Assembly: GCF_964194155.1 (NCBI RefSeq)
Contig: NC_135892.1
Span: 3,472,001-3,536,000 of the forward strand
Length of the DNA stretch: 64,000 bases
Reading direction: 5' to 3'
From: Cetorhinus maximus
Lineage: Eukaryota
Below the pieces are notes generated by a model. The model worked only from the letters and a program-made list of their open reading frames with translations, made no database searches and was not told where the DNA came from. This document shows positions 46,270 through 57,655 of this stretch, one piece after another. Each line of letters starts with the position of its first letter. The stretch's first letter is position 1. Position numbers and translations under genes: made by a program.

Positions 46270-47100
46270 GTTTGATAGGGTAGACGGAAAGAAGATGCAG
46301 GTGAGGCCAAAACTAGTGATAATGAATGTAAGATAGTCACCCATAAATGCGATAGAGAATTCAAGAGATAAGACTTTTCCAAAGAATGGTAAGAATGTAA
46401 AACTCACTGCAACAAGGGATAGTTGAGGTGAATGGTATACATGTATTCAAGGGGATGCTAGGTTAACACCTGAAGAAAGCAGAATTAAAGGACATGCTAA
46501 TAGGGTTGGATGAAGCTTGATGGGAGGAGAAACCGATGAAGAATAAACAACACCATAGAGCGGCTTGGCTGAATGGCCTCTGTGCTGTAAATCCTATGTA
46601 ATTCTATCTAAAGGTAGAACAATTGAAAGCTAGCTTTTGAATGAAGTCTTAAGATTTTTACATGAGCAGGTATGAAATAGGGGTAGGAATAGGCCATACA
46701 GTCCCTCGAGTCTGCTCAGCCATTCGATACAGTCATGGCTGAACTTCAACATCAACTCCATTTTCCCACAGTGTCCCACATCTTGTGATTAATGGGGTTA
46801 TGGGGTCGCAGACAGGAAAGTGGAGCTGAGACCCCAGCCAGGTTAGTCATGATCTTATTGAATGGTGGTGAGGTTCGAAGGGCCAAATGGCCTACCCCTG
46901 CTACTATGTTCCTATTCTTTAACTTTTTTTTTATTCATTCATAGGATGTGAGCATCGCTAGCTAGGCCAGCATTTATTGCCCATCCCTAATTGTCCTGAA
47001 GAAGTTGGGGGTGAGCTGTCCTCTTGCACCACTAATATCCAAAAATCTATTAATCTCAGTCTTGAATATGCACATTGACTAGCTCTCTGGAGGTTGAATT
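46270..47100. mobile_element. Cluster of nested CR1 3'-end fragments in both orientations
   Basis: ggctgaatggcctctgtgctgtaa; aggccatacagtccctcgagtctgc; gggccaaatggcctacccctgc. Confidence 0.7.
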
Positions 47101-47149
47101 TCATAGTGAGGTGGATTATTCTCTGATAAATGAGTGTCTATTTTTGATA

Positions 47150-48894
47150 GGGAAAATCCCAAGATATTCTATAAGTATATCAATGGGAAGAGGATAATCA
47201 GGGAAAGAGTAGGGCCCATAAGGGACCAAGGGGGAAATCAATGGGTGGAGCCACAAGACATCGCTAGAGTGTTGAATGAATACAAGGTATTGGAGGTGTC
47301 GGCAGGCTTAAAAGTGGACAAATCTCCAGGTCCAGATGATTTGTGTCCCAGACTGCTGAGGGAGGCAAGGGAGGAGATCACAGGGGCTCTGACCCAAATT
47401 TTTAATTCCTCGCTGGCCACGGGGGAGGTACCAGAGGACTGAAGAACAGCTAATGTGGTTCCGCTATTTAAGAAGGGTTGTAGAGATAAGCCAGGGAACT
47501 ACAGGCCAGTGAGTCTCATGTCAGTGGTAGGGAAACTATTGGAGAAAGTTCTGAAGGAGAGTATCTATCTCCACTTGGAGAGGCAAAGTTTGATCAGGGA
47601 TAGTCAGCATGGCTTTGTCAGAGGGAGGCCATGCCTAACAAATTTGATTGAATTTTTCGAGGAGGTGACCAGGTGTGTAGATGAGGGTAGTGCAGTTGAT
47701 GTAGTTTATATGGATTTCAGCAAAGCCTTTGACAAGGTCCCACATGGGAGACTTATAAAGAAGGCAAATGCACATGGGATACAGGGTAATTTGATAAGAT
47801 GGATTCAAAATTGGCTTAGTTGTAGGAGGCAGAGGGTGATGACAGAAGGATGCTTTAGTGACTGGAAGCCAGTGTCCAGTGGCGTACCACAGGGATCTGT
47901 GCTGGGTCCCCTATTATTTGTCATTTATATAAATGACATAGATGACTTTGTGGGGGTTAGGATTAGTAAGTTTGCAGATGACACAAAGATTGGCCGGGTG
48001 GTTAACAGTGAGGTTGAGTGTCTTGGGCTACAAGAAGATATAGATGGGATAGTCAAATGGGCAGATAAGTGGCAGATGGAATTTAACCCTGAAAATCGTG
48101 AGGTGATACACTATGGAAGGAGTAATTTGACAAGGAAGTATTCAATGAACGGCATGACACTAGGAAGTTCTGAGGAACAAAGGGACCTTGGTGTGTGTGT
48201 CCATAGATCTCTGAAGGCAGAGGGGCATGTTAGTGGGGTGGTGAAAAAAGCATATGGGGCACTTGCCTTTATCAATCGAGGCATAGATTACAAAAGTAGG
48301 GAGGTCATGTTGGAGTTGTATAGAACCTTAGTGAGGCCACAGCTGGAGTACTGTGTGCAGTTCTGCTCGTCATATTATAGGAAGGATGTGATTGCACTGG
48401 AGGGGGTGCAGAGGAGATTCACCAGGATGTTGCCTGGGATGAAACATTTAAGTTATGAAGAGAGGTTGGATAGACTTGGGTTGTTTTCGTCGGAGCAGCG
48501 AAGACTGAGGGGCGACCTGATCGAGGTGTACAAGATTATGAGGGGCATGGACAAGGTGAATAGGGAGCAGCTGTTCCCCTTAGTTGAAAGGTCAGTCACA
48601 AGGGGGCATAAGCTCAAGGTGAGGGGCAGGAGGTTTAGGGGGGATGTGAGGAAAAACTTTTTTACCCAGAGGGTGGTGACGGTCTGGAATGCACTGCCTG
48701 GGAGGGTGGTGGAGGCGGGTTGCCTCACATCCTTTAAAAAGTACCTGGATGAGCACTTGGTACGTCATAACATTCAAGGCTATGGGCCAAGTGCTGGTAA
48801 ATGGGATTAGGTAGGTAGGTAGGTCAGGTGTTTCTCATGTGTCGGTGCAGACTCGATGGGCCGAAGGGCCTCTTCTGCACTGTGATTCTGTGAT
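47150..48894 (+). mobile_element. 5'-truncated CR1 LINE with an open 451-codon RT frame
   Basis: ORF 47455..48810 carries all RT motifs (FADD); (ctgtgatt) tail. Confidence 0.96.
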
Positions 48895-49559
48895 ATATGT
48901 TCCTTTATTTATGTATTTGAATTTTTATCTATCCCTTACCCGTTTTAAAGCTGAGAATGCAAAGCAAGATGTCATGCAAGATGTAGTGTTAGATCTCGAG
49001 TACAGTAATGGGTAGGGGCAGTGAAATGCAGATGAACTGAGAGTGGTTCAACACTCTGGGGAGATGCTGGACAATGGCAGCACAATAGTGGAGCTGTGGA
49101 GATTTGGTACCATGTTTATGGTGGGCGGGGGGGGGTGAGGTGGTTGGTGCAGGGCGTTGGGGGCCTCCATTTATCTAGCAGAATTCCTCATGACTGGTTC
49201 AGCTTGCCCAACATAACTTTCCGGGAATGCAGCCGGATCCTCATCTACGTACATTTCCATTGCACTTCCAGCAGAGTTCCAATGGCAAAACAGGCAATGC
49301 TGTGAAGAAATCCGTGACCACAGATAGAGGGAAAGACAGACAGGGAGACAAACTCAGGGATACATTCCTGAACACCAATCACCATGCAGCCAGGCACTGC
49401 TTGTGGAGATCTAAAAAGTTACAGACCAGTGTTCTCATACATAGCAAACTGTGCCCATTTCACCTCCACCAGAGAGGCAGTGATATCCCGAGGCTGAGGT
49501 GATAACTCCAGTCACTGGAGAGTTTCTTCCTGGACCCCTATTGACTTCAGTTTTACTGG

Positions 49560-50210
49560 AGTTTCTCTGTGCTGCACTCAGTCAACTGCTGATTTGATGT
49601 CAAGGGCAGTCACTCTCACCCCATCCGTGGTATTCAGTTATTTTGCCACGTTTGGACCAGGACTGTTAAGAGGTTTGGAGCTGAGTGATTCTGGCAGAAC
49701 CCAAACGAAGCATTAATGAGCAAGTTATTCATGAATAAATGCTGCTTGATAGGACTGCTTACAACTATTTTCACCACTTTGCTGATGATTGGGAGGAAGA
49801 TGATAGGATGGTAATTCCTTGGAACAAAAACAGAAAATGCTGGAAAAACTCAGCAGGTCTGACAGTATCTGAAGGGTCATACGGACTTGAAATGTTAACT
49901 TTGTTTTTCTCTCTCCACAGATGCTGTCAGACCTGCTGAGTTTTTCCAGCATTGCCTGTTTTTGTTAAAGATTTCCAGCATCCGCAGTATTTTGCTTTTA
50001 TCTGTGGTAATTCATTGGCTTGGGTTTCTCTTACTTTTTGTGGGCAGGAGGCACCTGGAGTAACTTTCCATATTGTGGGATAAATACCCGTGTTGTAGCT
50101 ATACTGGGACATCTTAAGCAGGGGCACAGTTAGTTCTGGAGGACAGAATGTCAGCACTACAGTCAAGATGTTACTGGGACCCATGGACTTTGCTGTGCAC
50201 TTAGCCATTT
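49560..50210 (-). mobile_element. Old LINE RT fragment interrupted by a Penelope hairpin
   Basis: AKSMGPSNILTVVL..CPPELTVPL..YNTGIYPTIWK on -. Confidence 0.75.
49823..50004. mobile_element. Short Penelope pLTR-derived hairpin insertion
   Basis: 49-bp inverted arms 49823-49871 / 49918-49966; hammerhead remnant gaagggtcatacggacttgaaatgtt; TSD TGGTAATTCCTTGG / TGGTAATTCATTGG. Confidence 0.88.
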
Positions 50211-52619
50211 CTTAATATATTAAGGAGCAACATCTGCAGGCCTTACGCATCTACTTTTGAGTTACTGAAGGCAATTATCTCTGCAGAGCCTGGGTCAGTG
50301 AGGCAAGAGCTGCACTATCAGCTAACATGCTGCTCACAAATGTATCAGGCAGGTAATGGGTACATTGGTCAGAAAGGCCACAATTTCATCACTGCCCCAC
50401 TGCATTTCTCATTGGTGATTGCCATGTACCCAATTTGAGGTTCACCCTGACTGTCAGTAAGCATCCATGTTTACGACAATGGTTTGATATACCAAGTCTT
50501 GAAAAGTGGGAGTGTGGCATGACTTTCAACAGTATATTACATCTTGACTATCCCTTTCTGAGTTGTGGCTATGTAAGACATGCAAAGAAAGGGTTGTAAG
50601 GTTGTTTGAAGGTTTAGTGAGGGTGAGGAACAAATCATTACACAGCCCTTTGTCCTCCGCATTGCCCCTGAAACGTCTTGTTCCCGTGTAGATCACTGAG
50701 GCAATGCTCATCAGCAGAAGCAGATCTGGAGTAGGCACAGGTGAGGCTGCTGTCTCACGGTCAAGGGGGTGGTGGTGGGGGGATTACAGAAATAGGACCA
50801 TCTAATCCCTTCGCCCAACTCCATCTTATTTAGAGCAAAGCAAGCAGAACCAGGTTGGTGTGGTGGGATCAGATACAGGGTTGTGTGACTCAGTACAAAA
50901 TGGTAGAGGGTTATCTCAATCCTAACATGGCTGCCACAGCCACCCAGCAGTGACTGATTCACTAGTTCCTTCCTCTCTCTGTTTCCTGCCCTTTTCTCTC
51001 CCCCTTTCTTGAAGAGACTGACGCAGGTTAAGATTCCACAGGTCCCAGCAATTTATTAATACCAATTGGCCCTCCTTCAGGTGTGAACTTTGGCGGAGAA
51101 CATTTGTAGGCAATTTGACTGTGGATAGCATCACCGTGAGTCTAACCGTGTCCTTATCCTGCAATAATTCACGTGCTCTTTTGCAGCACCAATAACTGGC
51201 TAGTGGTCAAGAGTCGGGGCTGTGGGCCCATGCTCATTTTTAGTTCCTCCATCATTCTGGGTTGCTGAGGACTATTGTTACAGTTGAGACAAAGTAACTC
51301 CAGACAAACCAGGAATCCTTGTAACATTTGCTCTGTAACATTATGAAGCTTTTTTGTTTATAAAACCAGGCACAGACCATGCATTTGACTCTGTGAGGAT
51401 GCAATTTTGTAAAAATCAGCCTTGTGACATTTTTCACTTTTATTATTTTCATTTGCTTTTTCGAAATCATGGTGACACACGTCACAAATACATACAGATT
51501 AGGCAGACATATATGAAAAACTAATCGTAACAAAACAGCGTACCAAGGCAACCCGCACTGTTTTAGAGTCTTTGACCTTTTTGAGTCAATTCACATTGTG
51601 TATATGTTAGAACATTTTAACCATCAATATAACCGGCTGAGATATAACCGATATGGTTTACCTTCCCTAGAGTACCATCAGCAGCCTGTCAAGCAAGCTC
51701 CTCCCACAGTGGACCACACTGCAGACAATTGCGGTGCAAAGCCACATTTTTAAATCCCTTTTTTAAAATTCTTCAAACTGTCCCGTCTAGTGACCCTAAT
51801 TTTGGGAGAACGCATGCTGTTTTCCTGTCCCCTCTCTTCCTCCACAACTGGCCGAGTGAGGTGACACACCTACAAGCTAAGGCAACTTCCCACTGCTCCT
51901 TTCTGGTGCTTGTGCGAGAGAACACCAGGCCCGATTTTCCATTGCCTATGTGCCCAGGGAACACACGGTTCTCGGATACAAAGCAGGTGAACAAGGGCAG
52001 ATACCCAAGGTTCCCTGAGAGTGGGTGGAACAGCTCAGCATGCATCGGGTGTAACACAGGGTAAAACTGGTCTGATAGCCTCAATTTGCCACTGGACCAC
52101 CTTGTAGGTGGCCATTTGAAGGCACACCCTTCAATCTTGGCTTTAGGAGCTTTTGCCAGTTCTGCTCTGATCCAAGCAGAGCAGACAGCAAGGAGATGCC
52201 CAGAAGAGCTAATACAAAAAGTAAAGGTTAACATTTTAAGACATCACACTTTTTATAACACAGGATTTAAATACAACAGTACCGCAGCAGTATGCCCGAG
52301 TGACAGGCATTTACAATGTTTGCATTATATGAGAAAATTTATACAGTTGCTAACGTAATTAACATTCCTAAATTGTGCCAAATTAGCACAGTGCATAAAC
52401 ATGTGGCTTTCAGTTCAACAAAATAAATATAACCTCCCAGTTTGCTAAAGATGTCTGTCGGAGCTTTTAATCGATTATTGTGAGAAAAAAAAAATCCATG
52501 CCTGATATCTATTTCTTATTCTGTTATGTGGCATCTAAGGGGTGACATTCTGAATCCATGCCTGAGGAATTTCACTCACTCGGAGTGTACACCAGCAATT
52601 CAGGCAAGCAAAGCTGTCC

Positions 52620-52840
52620 AAAAAAACTTGCATTTATGTAGCACCTTTCATAATCACTGGGTATCTCAAAGCACTTCCCAACCTGAAAAGTACTTTTGAA
52701 GCCTAGTCACTGTTGTAGTGTGGGAAATGCGACAGTAATTTGCACTCAGCAAGCTCCCACAAACAGCAATGTGAAATTGGTTAGATAATCTGTTTTTAAG
52801 ATGCTGATTCAGGGGTAAATATTGAGCCAGGGCACCACAG
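52620..52840 (-). mobile_element. Deu-domain SINE 3' half
   Basis: aacttgcatttatgtagcacc..tgaagcctagtcactgttg..gcaagctcccacaaacagcaatg. Confidence 0.75.
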
Positions 52841-52879
52841 ACACCACCCCCCCATCCCTCCCATCCCCGCTCAAAGTTA

Positions 52880-55875
52880 TAGAGTCATAGTTCTAGAGTC
52901 ATTTTGAATCATTTATGGTACAGAAGGGGACATTCAGCTCATTGAGTCCATGCATAAGACCATAAGACATAGGAGCAGAAATTAGGCCATTCGGCCCATC
53001 GAGTCTGCTCCGCCATTCAATCATGGCTGATAAGTTTCTCAACCTCATTCTCCCGCCTTCTCCCCGTAACTTTTGATCCCCTTACCAATCAAGAACCTAT
53101 CTATCTTGGTCTTAAATATACTCAATGACCTGGCCTCCAAAGCCTTCTGCGGCAATGAATTCCATGGATTTACCACTCTCTGGCTAAAGAAGTTTCTCCT
53201 CATCTCTGTTCTAAAAGGTCTTCCCTTTACTCTGAGGCTGTGCCCTCGGGTCCTAGTCTCTCCTACTAATGGAAACATCTTCCCCACGTCCACTCTATCC
53301 AGGCCCTTCAGTATTCTGTAAGTTTCAATCAGATCCCCCCTCATTCTTCTAAACTCCATCGAGTATAGACCCAGAGTCATCAAACGTTCCTCATATGTTA
53401 AGCCTTTCATTCCTGGGATCATTCTTGTGAACTTCCTCTGGACCCTCTCCAGGGCCAGCACATCCTTCCTGAGATATGGGGCCCAAAATTGCTCACAATA
53501 TTCTAAATGTGGTCTGACCAGAGCCTTATAAAGCCTCAGCAGCACATCCCTGCTTTTATATTCTAGTCCTCTCGAAATAAATGCCAACATTGCATTTGCC
53601 TTCCTAACTACCAACTCAACCTGCAAGTTAACCTTTAGAGAATTCTGGACTAGGCCTCCCAAGTCCCTTTGCGCTCCAGATTTCTGAATTCTGTCCCTTT
53701 TTAGAAAATTGTCTATGCCTCTATTCTTCCTACCAAAGTGCATGACCTCACACTTCCCCACGTTGTATTCCATCTGCCACTTTTTTGCCCATTCTCCTAA
53801 CCTGTCTAAATCCTTCTGCAGCCTCCCCACCTCCTCAATACTACCTCTCCCTCCACCTATCTTTGTATCATCTGCAAACTTAGCCAGAATGCCCTCAGTT
53901 CCTTCATCTAGATCATTAATGTATAAAGTGAAAAGTTGTGGTCCCAACACTGACCCTTGCGGAACTCCACTAGTCACCGGCCGCCATCCTGAGAAGGACC
54001 CCCTTATCCCCACTCTCTGCCTCCTGCCAGACAGCCAATCTTCTATCCATGCTAGTACCTTGCCTCTAACACCATGGGCTCTTATCTTACTGAGCAGCCT
54101 CCTGTGCGGCACCTTGTCAAAAGCCTTCTGGAAGTCCAAGTAGATAACATCCATTGGCTCTCCTTTGTCTAACCTGCTCGTTACCTCCTCAAAGAATTCT
54201 AACAGATTTGTCAGGCATGACCTCCCCTTGATGAAACCATGCTGACTTTGCCCTATTTTACCATGCACTTCCAAGTATTCTGAAATCTCATCCGTAATAA
54301 TGGACTCTAAAATCTTACCAACGACCGAGGTCAGGCTAATCGGCCTGTAATTTCCCTTTTGCCTCACTCCCTTCTTAAACAGGGGGGGTTACATTAGCGA
54401 TTTTCCAGTCCTCTGGGACCCTCCCTGACTCCAGTGATTCCTGAAAGATCACCACCAATGCCTCCACTATCTCTTCAGCTATCTCCTTCAGAATGGGGTG
54501 TAATCCATCTGGCCCAAGTGATTTATCCACCTTCAAACGTTTCAGTTTTCCTAAAACCTTCTCCTGGTAATGGCCACCATATTCACCTCTGCCCCCCCGA
54601 CTCTCTTGAATTTTGGGGATGTTACTCGTGTCTTCCTCCGTGAAGACTGACGCAAAGTATCTATTCAGTTCCTCCGCCATTTCTTTGTTCCCCATTATTA
54701 CTTCTCCAGCATCATTTTCCAGCGGCCCAATGTCCACTTTTGCCTCTCTCTTACCCTTTATATATCTAAAAAACTCTTGCAATCTTCTTTTATATGCCAG
54801 CCCTCTGTAGAGTAAATCAGTCAGCCCCATTTCCCTGCGCTGTCCCCGTAGCCCCTGCAAGTTTAATTCCTTCAAGTGCTCATCCAATTTCCTTTTGAAA
54901 TCTTTAATTGTCTCTGCTTCTACCACCTTCATAGGCAGTGAGTTCCAGGTCATTGCCAAACACTGTTTAAAAAAAGCTCTTCCTCACATCCCCCTGCATT
55001 TCTTGCCAAAAACCCTTAATCTGTCTTCCGAGTCCTTGTACAATCAACTAATGGGAACAGCTTTTCCTGTCCGCCTTATCCAATCCCGTCATAATCTTGT
55101 CCACCTCTATCAAATCTTCTCTCAATCTCCTTTGCTTCAAGAACAACCTCAGCTTTTCCAAACTAATCCTGTAGCTAAATTTCTGCATCCCTGGAATCAT
55201 TCTGGTAAATCTCCTCTGTACCTTCTCAAGGACCTTCATATATTTCCTAAAGTGTGGTGACCAGAACTGGATTTGATACTCTAGTTGTGGCCTAACCAGA
55301 GCTTTATAAACAGTCAACATAACATTGCTGCTTTTGTACACTCTACCTTCATTTATGAAGCCCAAGATCTCATATGCTTTGCTAACACACTCTCAATATG
55401 TCCTATCACCTTCAAAGATCTATGCACACGCATCACCAGGTCCCCCTTTCCCTGTATGCCCTTTAGAACTATGCCATTAAGCCTATACTGCATCTCCCTA
55501 TCCCTTCTGCCAAAATGCATCACCTCACACTTCCCTGTATTAAATTCCAGCTGCCATGTTTTCCCCATTCTGCTAGCCTATCTATGTCCTGTTGCAATGG
55601 ATTCACTTTTTACCACTCCTCTAAGAGTGGCACCATCAGCAAATTTTGAAATTTTACATTGTATTCCAATATCCTAGACATTTATATATACCAAAAATGC
55701 AGGGGTCCTAGCACTGACCCTTGGGGAACATCACTGTCTACAATCTTCCAGTAGAAAAATAACCATTTACCATGGCTGCTGTTTTCTGCCCTTAAGCCAA
55801 TTTTTCTATCCAAGCTGGCACAGACCCTCCTGATCCCAGATCCATACTTTTGTTAACCAGCCTTTTATGTGGTAT
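52880..55875 (-). mobile_element. Older CR1 LINE split by a younger CR1 insertion
   Basis: 3' UTR at 52880-52953 continues at 54794; RT fragments in ORFs 55048..55365 and 55353..55568. Confidence 0.85.
52954..54793 (-). mobile_element. Young 5'-truncated CR1 LINE with an open 440-codon RT frame
   Basis: ORF 53045..54367; (cataagac)n tail; ATGC repeated at both junctions. Confidence 0.96.
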
Positions 55876-55944
55876 TCTTGAGAATAGTGCATGGGATCTT
55901 TTACTTTCACCCGAGAGAGCAGCCGGGGCCTCAGTTTAACATCG

Positions 55945-56277
55945 GGGGGGATGGTAACATAATGGTAATGTCACTGGACTCGTAATCAAGAGGCTCGGGC
56001 AAATGCTCTGGGGGCACAGGTTCAAATCGCACCACGGCAGCTGGTGGCATTTAAGTTTAAGTAATGGTGACCATGAAACTATCATTGATTGTCATAAAAG
56101 CCCATCTGGTTCACTAATGCCCTTTAGGGAAGGGAAATTGCCATCCTTACCTGGTCTGGCCTAAATACAACTCTAGTACCCCATGGCCTGGCAAGTCACT
56201 CAGTTCAAGGGCAATTAGGGATGGGCAACAAATGCTGGCCTTGCCACTGATGCCCATATCCCATGAAAGAATAAAAA
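55945..56277 (+). mobile_element. tRNA-headed SINE inserted in a minus-strand Deu-SINE (55876-56570)
   Basis: A box tggtaacataatgg, B box ggttcaaatc, LINE-type tail gggcaattagggatgggc..aataaaaa. Confidence 0.8.
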
Positions 56278-56290
56278 ATCTCCAAAAGAT

Positions 56291-56478
56291 TGCTTCTAGC
56301 AGTACAGCACTTACTCAATACTGCATTGGAGTATCAATGCCTCTAGCAATACAGAACTTCCTCAATACTGAACTGGAGTATCAATGCCTCTAGCAGTACA
56401 GCACTCCCTCAATACTAAACCGGAGTATCAATGCCTCTAGCAATACAGAACTTCCTCAATACTGAACTGGAATATCAA
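56291..56478. repeat. Four 47-bp tandem units in ABAB order
   Basis: Units start at 56291, 56338, 56385 and 56432 and alternate agtacagcact / aatacagaact. Confidence 0.92.
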
Positions 56479-57194
56479 CCTTGCTTTTGGTGCTCTGGAG
56501 GGGAATTAAACTTAGAACTTTCCTGAAACAGAGGTGAGAACACTACCAGCTGAATCACAACTGACACCATGGAGAGCAGCTGGGAAAAGCCTTCGCCTTC
56601 ACTCTGAATATTTTGAGGAAGTAACATTTAGTATATTAATATCCGGTCTGTATTTATCCTGTGTGCTCAATAATATGCCTTCAAAGGATTTGTACTTGAT
56701 TTCATTCCAAAGTATTTGCTGCCAGCCACTCACTATCCTGCCTTGGAAATATATCGGCCGCTCCTTCACTGTCACTGGGTCAAAATCCTGGAACTCCCTT
56801 CCTAACAGTGCTGTGGGTGTACCTACACCACATGGACTGCAGCGGTTCAAGAAGGCAGCTCACCACCACCTTCTCAAGGGCAATTAGGGATGGGTAATAA
56901 ATGCTGGCCTGGCCAGTGACACCCACATCCCATAACGCACAGAAGAAAAGCAATGATACATTTATAGCATCGTTCAATGATGCTTAGACTGTATGCTGAT
57001 AGGGAAATTATAATATTACTTTTAAAATCTAACTTATAACCTGTTATTGGCCACAATTTCATATCAGGAACATCACAAAAGGAGTGCTATTTGTATAGTT
57101 GTACATTAAGCTTACACTTCAGCTGGTGTGACTAATCCAACACAAGAACAACATAGAAAGCAAATGTAAACTTCAGCAAACCCAATTAAATTTA

Positions 57195-57420
57195 CAAAGA
57201 GAAAATGCTGGAAACTCTGCAGAACAATTTTGATGAAAAGTCACTGACCTGCTCTCTGGCCACAGAAGCTCCCTGACCCGCTGAGATTTTAAAACATTTA
57301 TTCTTTCACGGGGTATGGGTGAAGGTGGCTAGGCCAGCATTTATTGCCCATCCCGAAAGTATATCAGTATTTCCAGCATTTTCTGTTCTTATTACAGATT
57401 TCCAGCATCTGCAGTGATTT
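57195..57420. mobile_element. Degenerate Penelope pLTR hairpin with a LINE/SINE tail inserted
   Basis: agaaaatgctggaaa ... tttccagcattttct; tgatgaaaagtcactgacctg. Confidence 0.65.
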
Positions 57421-57655
57421 ACTTAGTAAAATTCATGCAAAAGTCACTCAGTCATAAATCAGAATAAATTGTGGCCCCAAAATCATTCTTTTTAAAGTAT
57501 AAAAGACCGGAAGCTGACTTTTCTTCAAGGTTCTCAGAGAAAATAACATTGTAAATGAACCAAAAACCTCTGGTTTGGTTTCTGAAGGCGTACAGGAGTT
57601 TGAAAGGTTGCTTCCCCCACGGAGATGTACAGGATAGCAGGCTGTGATCGGAAGT

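Noticed and set aside
47455-48810. Open RT ORFs (451 aa here, 440 aa at 53045) as domesticated genes
   Set aside because: 5'-truncated, no endonuclease or ORF1, typical CR1 tails; open frames are explained by recent insertion.
56291-56478. Regular repeats here and at 6093-6427 as CRISPR-like arrays
   Set aside because: No unique spacers, eukaryotic context, and both derive from SINEs.
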